A DNA stretch of 64,000 bases from Sphaerochaetaceae bacterium (GTDB lineage: Bacteria; Bacillota; Clostridia; Oscillospirales; CAG-272), in assembly GCA_963656825.1 (NCBI GenBank), contig CAVKJG010000003.1:2243-66242 (forward strand), given 5' to 3'. Shown piece after piece: positions 63,961-64,000 of this stretch. Positions within the stretch are counted from its first letter, which is position 1, and every line of letters starts with the position of its first letter. The position numbers and the translations under genes were made by a program. A model generated the notes under the pieces. That model had not been told where the DNA came from. It was given only the letters and a program-made list of their open reading frames with translations, and did no database searches.

Positions 63961-64000
63961 TTTTCCTCTCCTCCCGATCTTTTCATTCTGAATTTTTCGG

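Noticed and set aside
63983-64000. Five C-terminal codons of another - strand gene at the window edge (…PKNSE*)
   Set aside because: Too short to support any call.

Overview
This 64-kb window is a chromosomal segment from a spore-forming Firmicute of the Clostridia/Oscillospiraceae type (intact sigK, SpoIVFB-like protease, YtvI-like and YaaH-like genes). Most of it is housekeeping: addB, a type IIA topoisomerase pair, tadA, proS, lgt, folD, recO-era-ybeY, an SPFH/NfeD pair and an M16 peptidase pair. No rRNA, tRNA or CRISPR was seen. Two regions stand out.

1. Positions 20.4-32.0 kb look like a single operon. It joins an MDH-type dehydrogenase and fumarase FumC to HdrB/HdrC/HdrA, an MvhD(FlxD)-like protein, three Flx/Asr-like Fe-S/FAD-NAD(P)H proteins and a soluble FrdB/FrdA-like pair. 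I read this as a candidate cytoplasmic, NADH-linked, possibly electron-bifurcating fumarate reductase.

2. Positions 36.2-43.1 kb form an accessory-looking island with two large secreted His/Cys-repeat proteins. One carries cohesin-like and dockerin modules. The other carries a cohesin-like module and a C-terminal membrane anchor. A Hin-type serine invertase lies beside them. Two hix-like imperfect palindromes with inverted AG/CT cores flank a 115-bp segment holding a near-consensus promoter. That promoter currently points away from the surface-protein genes, which suggests a phase-variable switch in the OFF state.

Other observations: a perfect 150-bp in-frame tandem duplication, an interspersed ~85-100-bp intergenic repeat (3 copies), a terminator-containing leader upstream of a CNNM/CorC transporter, a pseudo-receiver OmpR-type regulator, and addB without addA.

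All calls rest on reading the translated ORFs and the DNA by eye. No database search was run.
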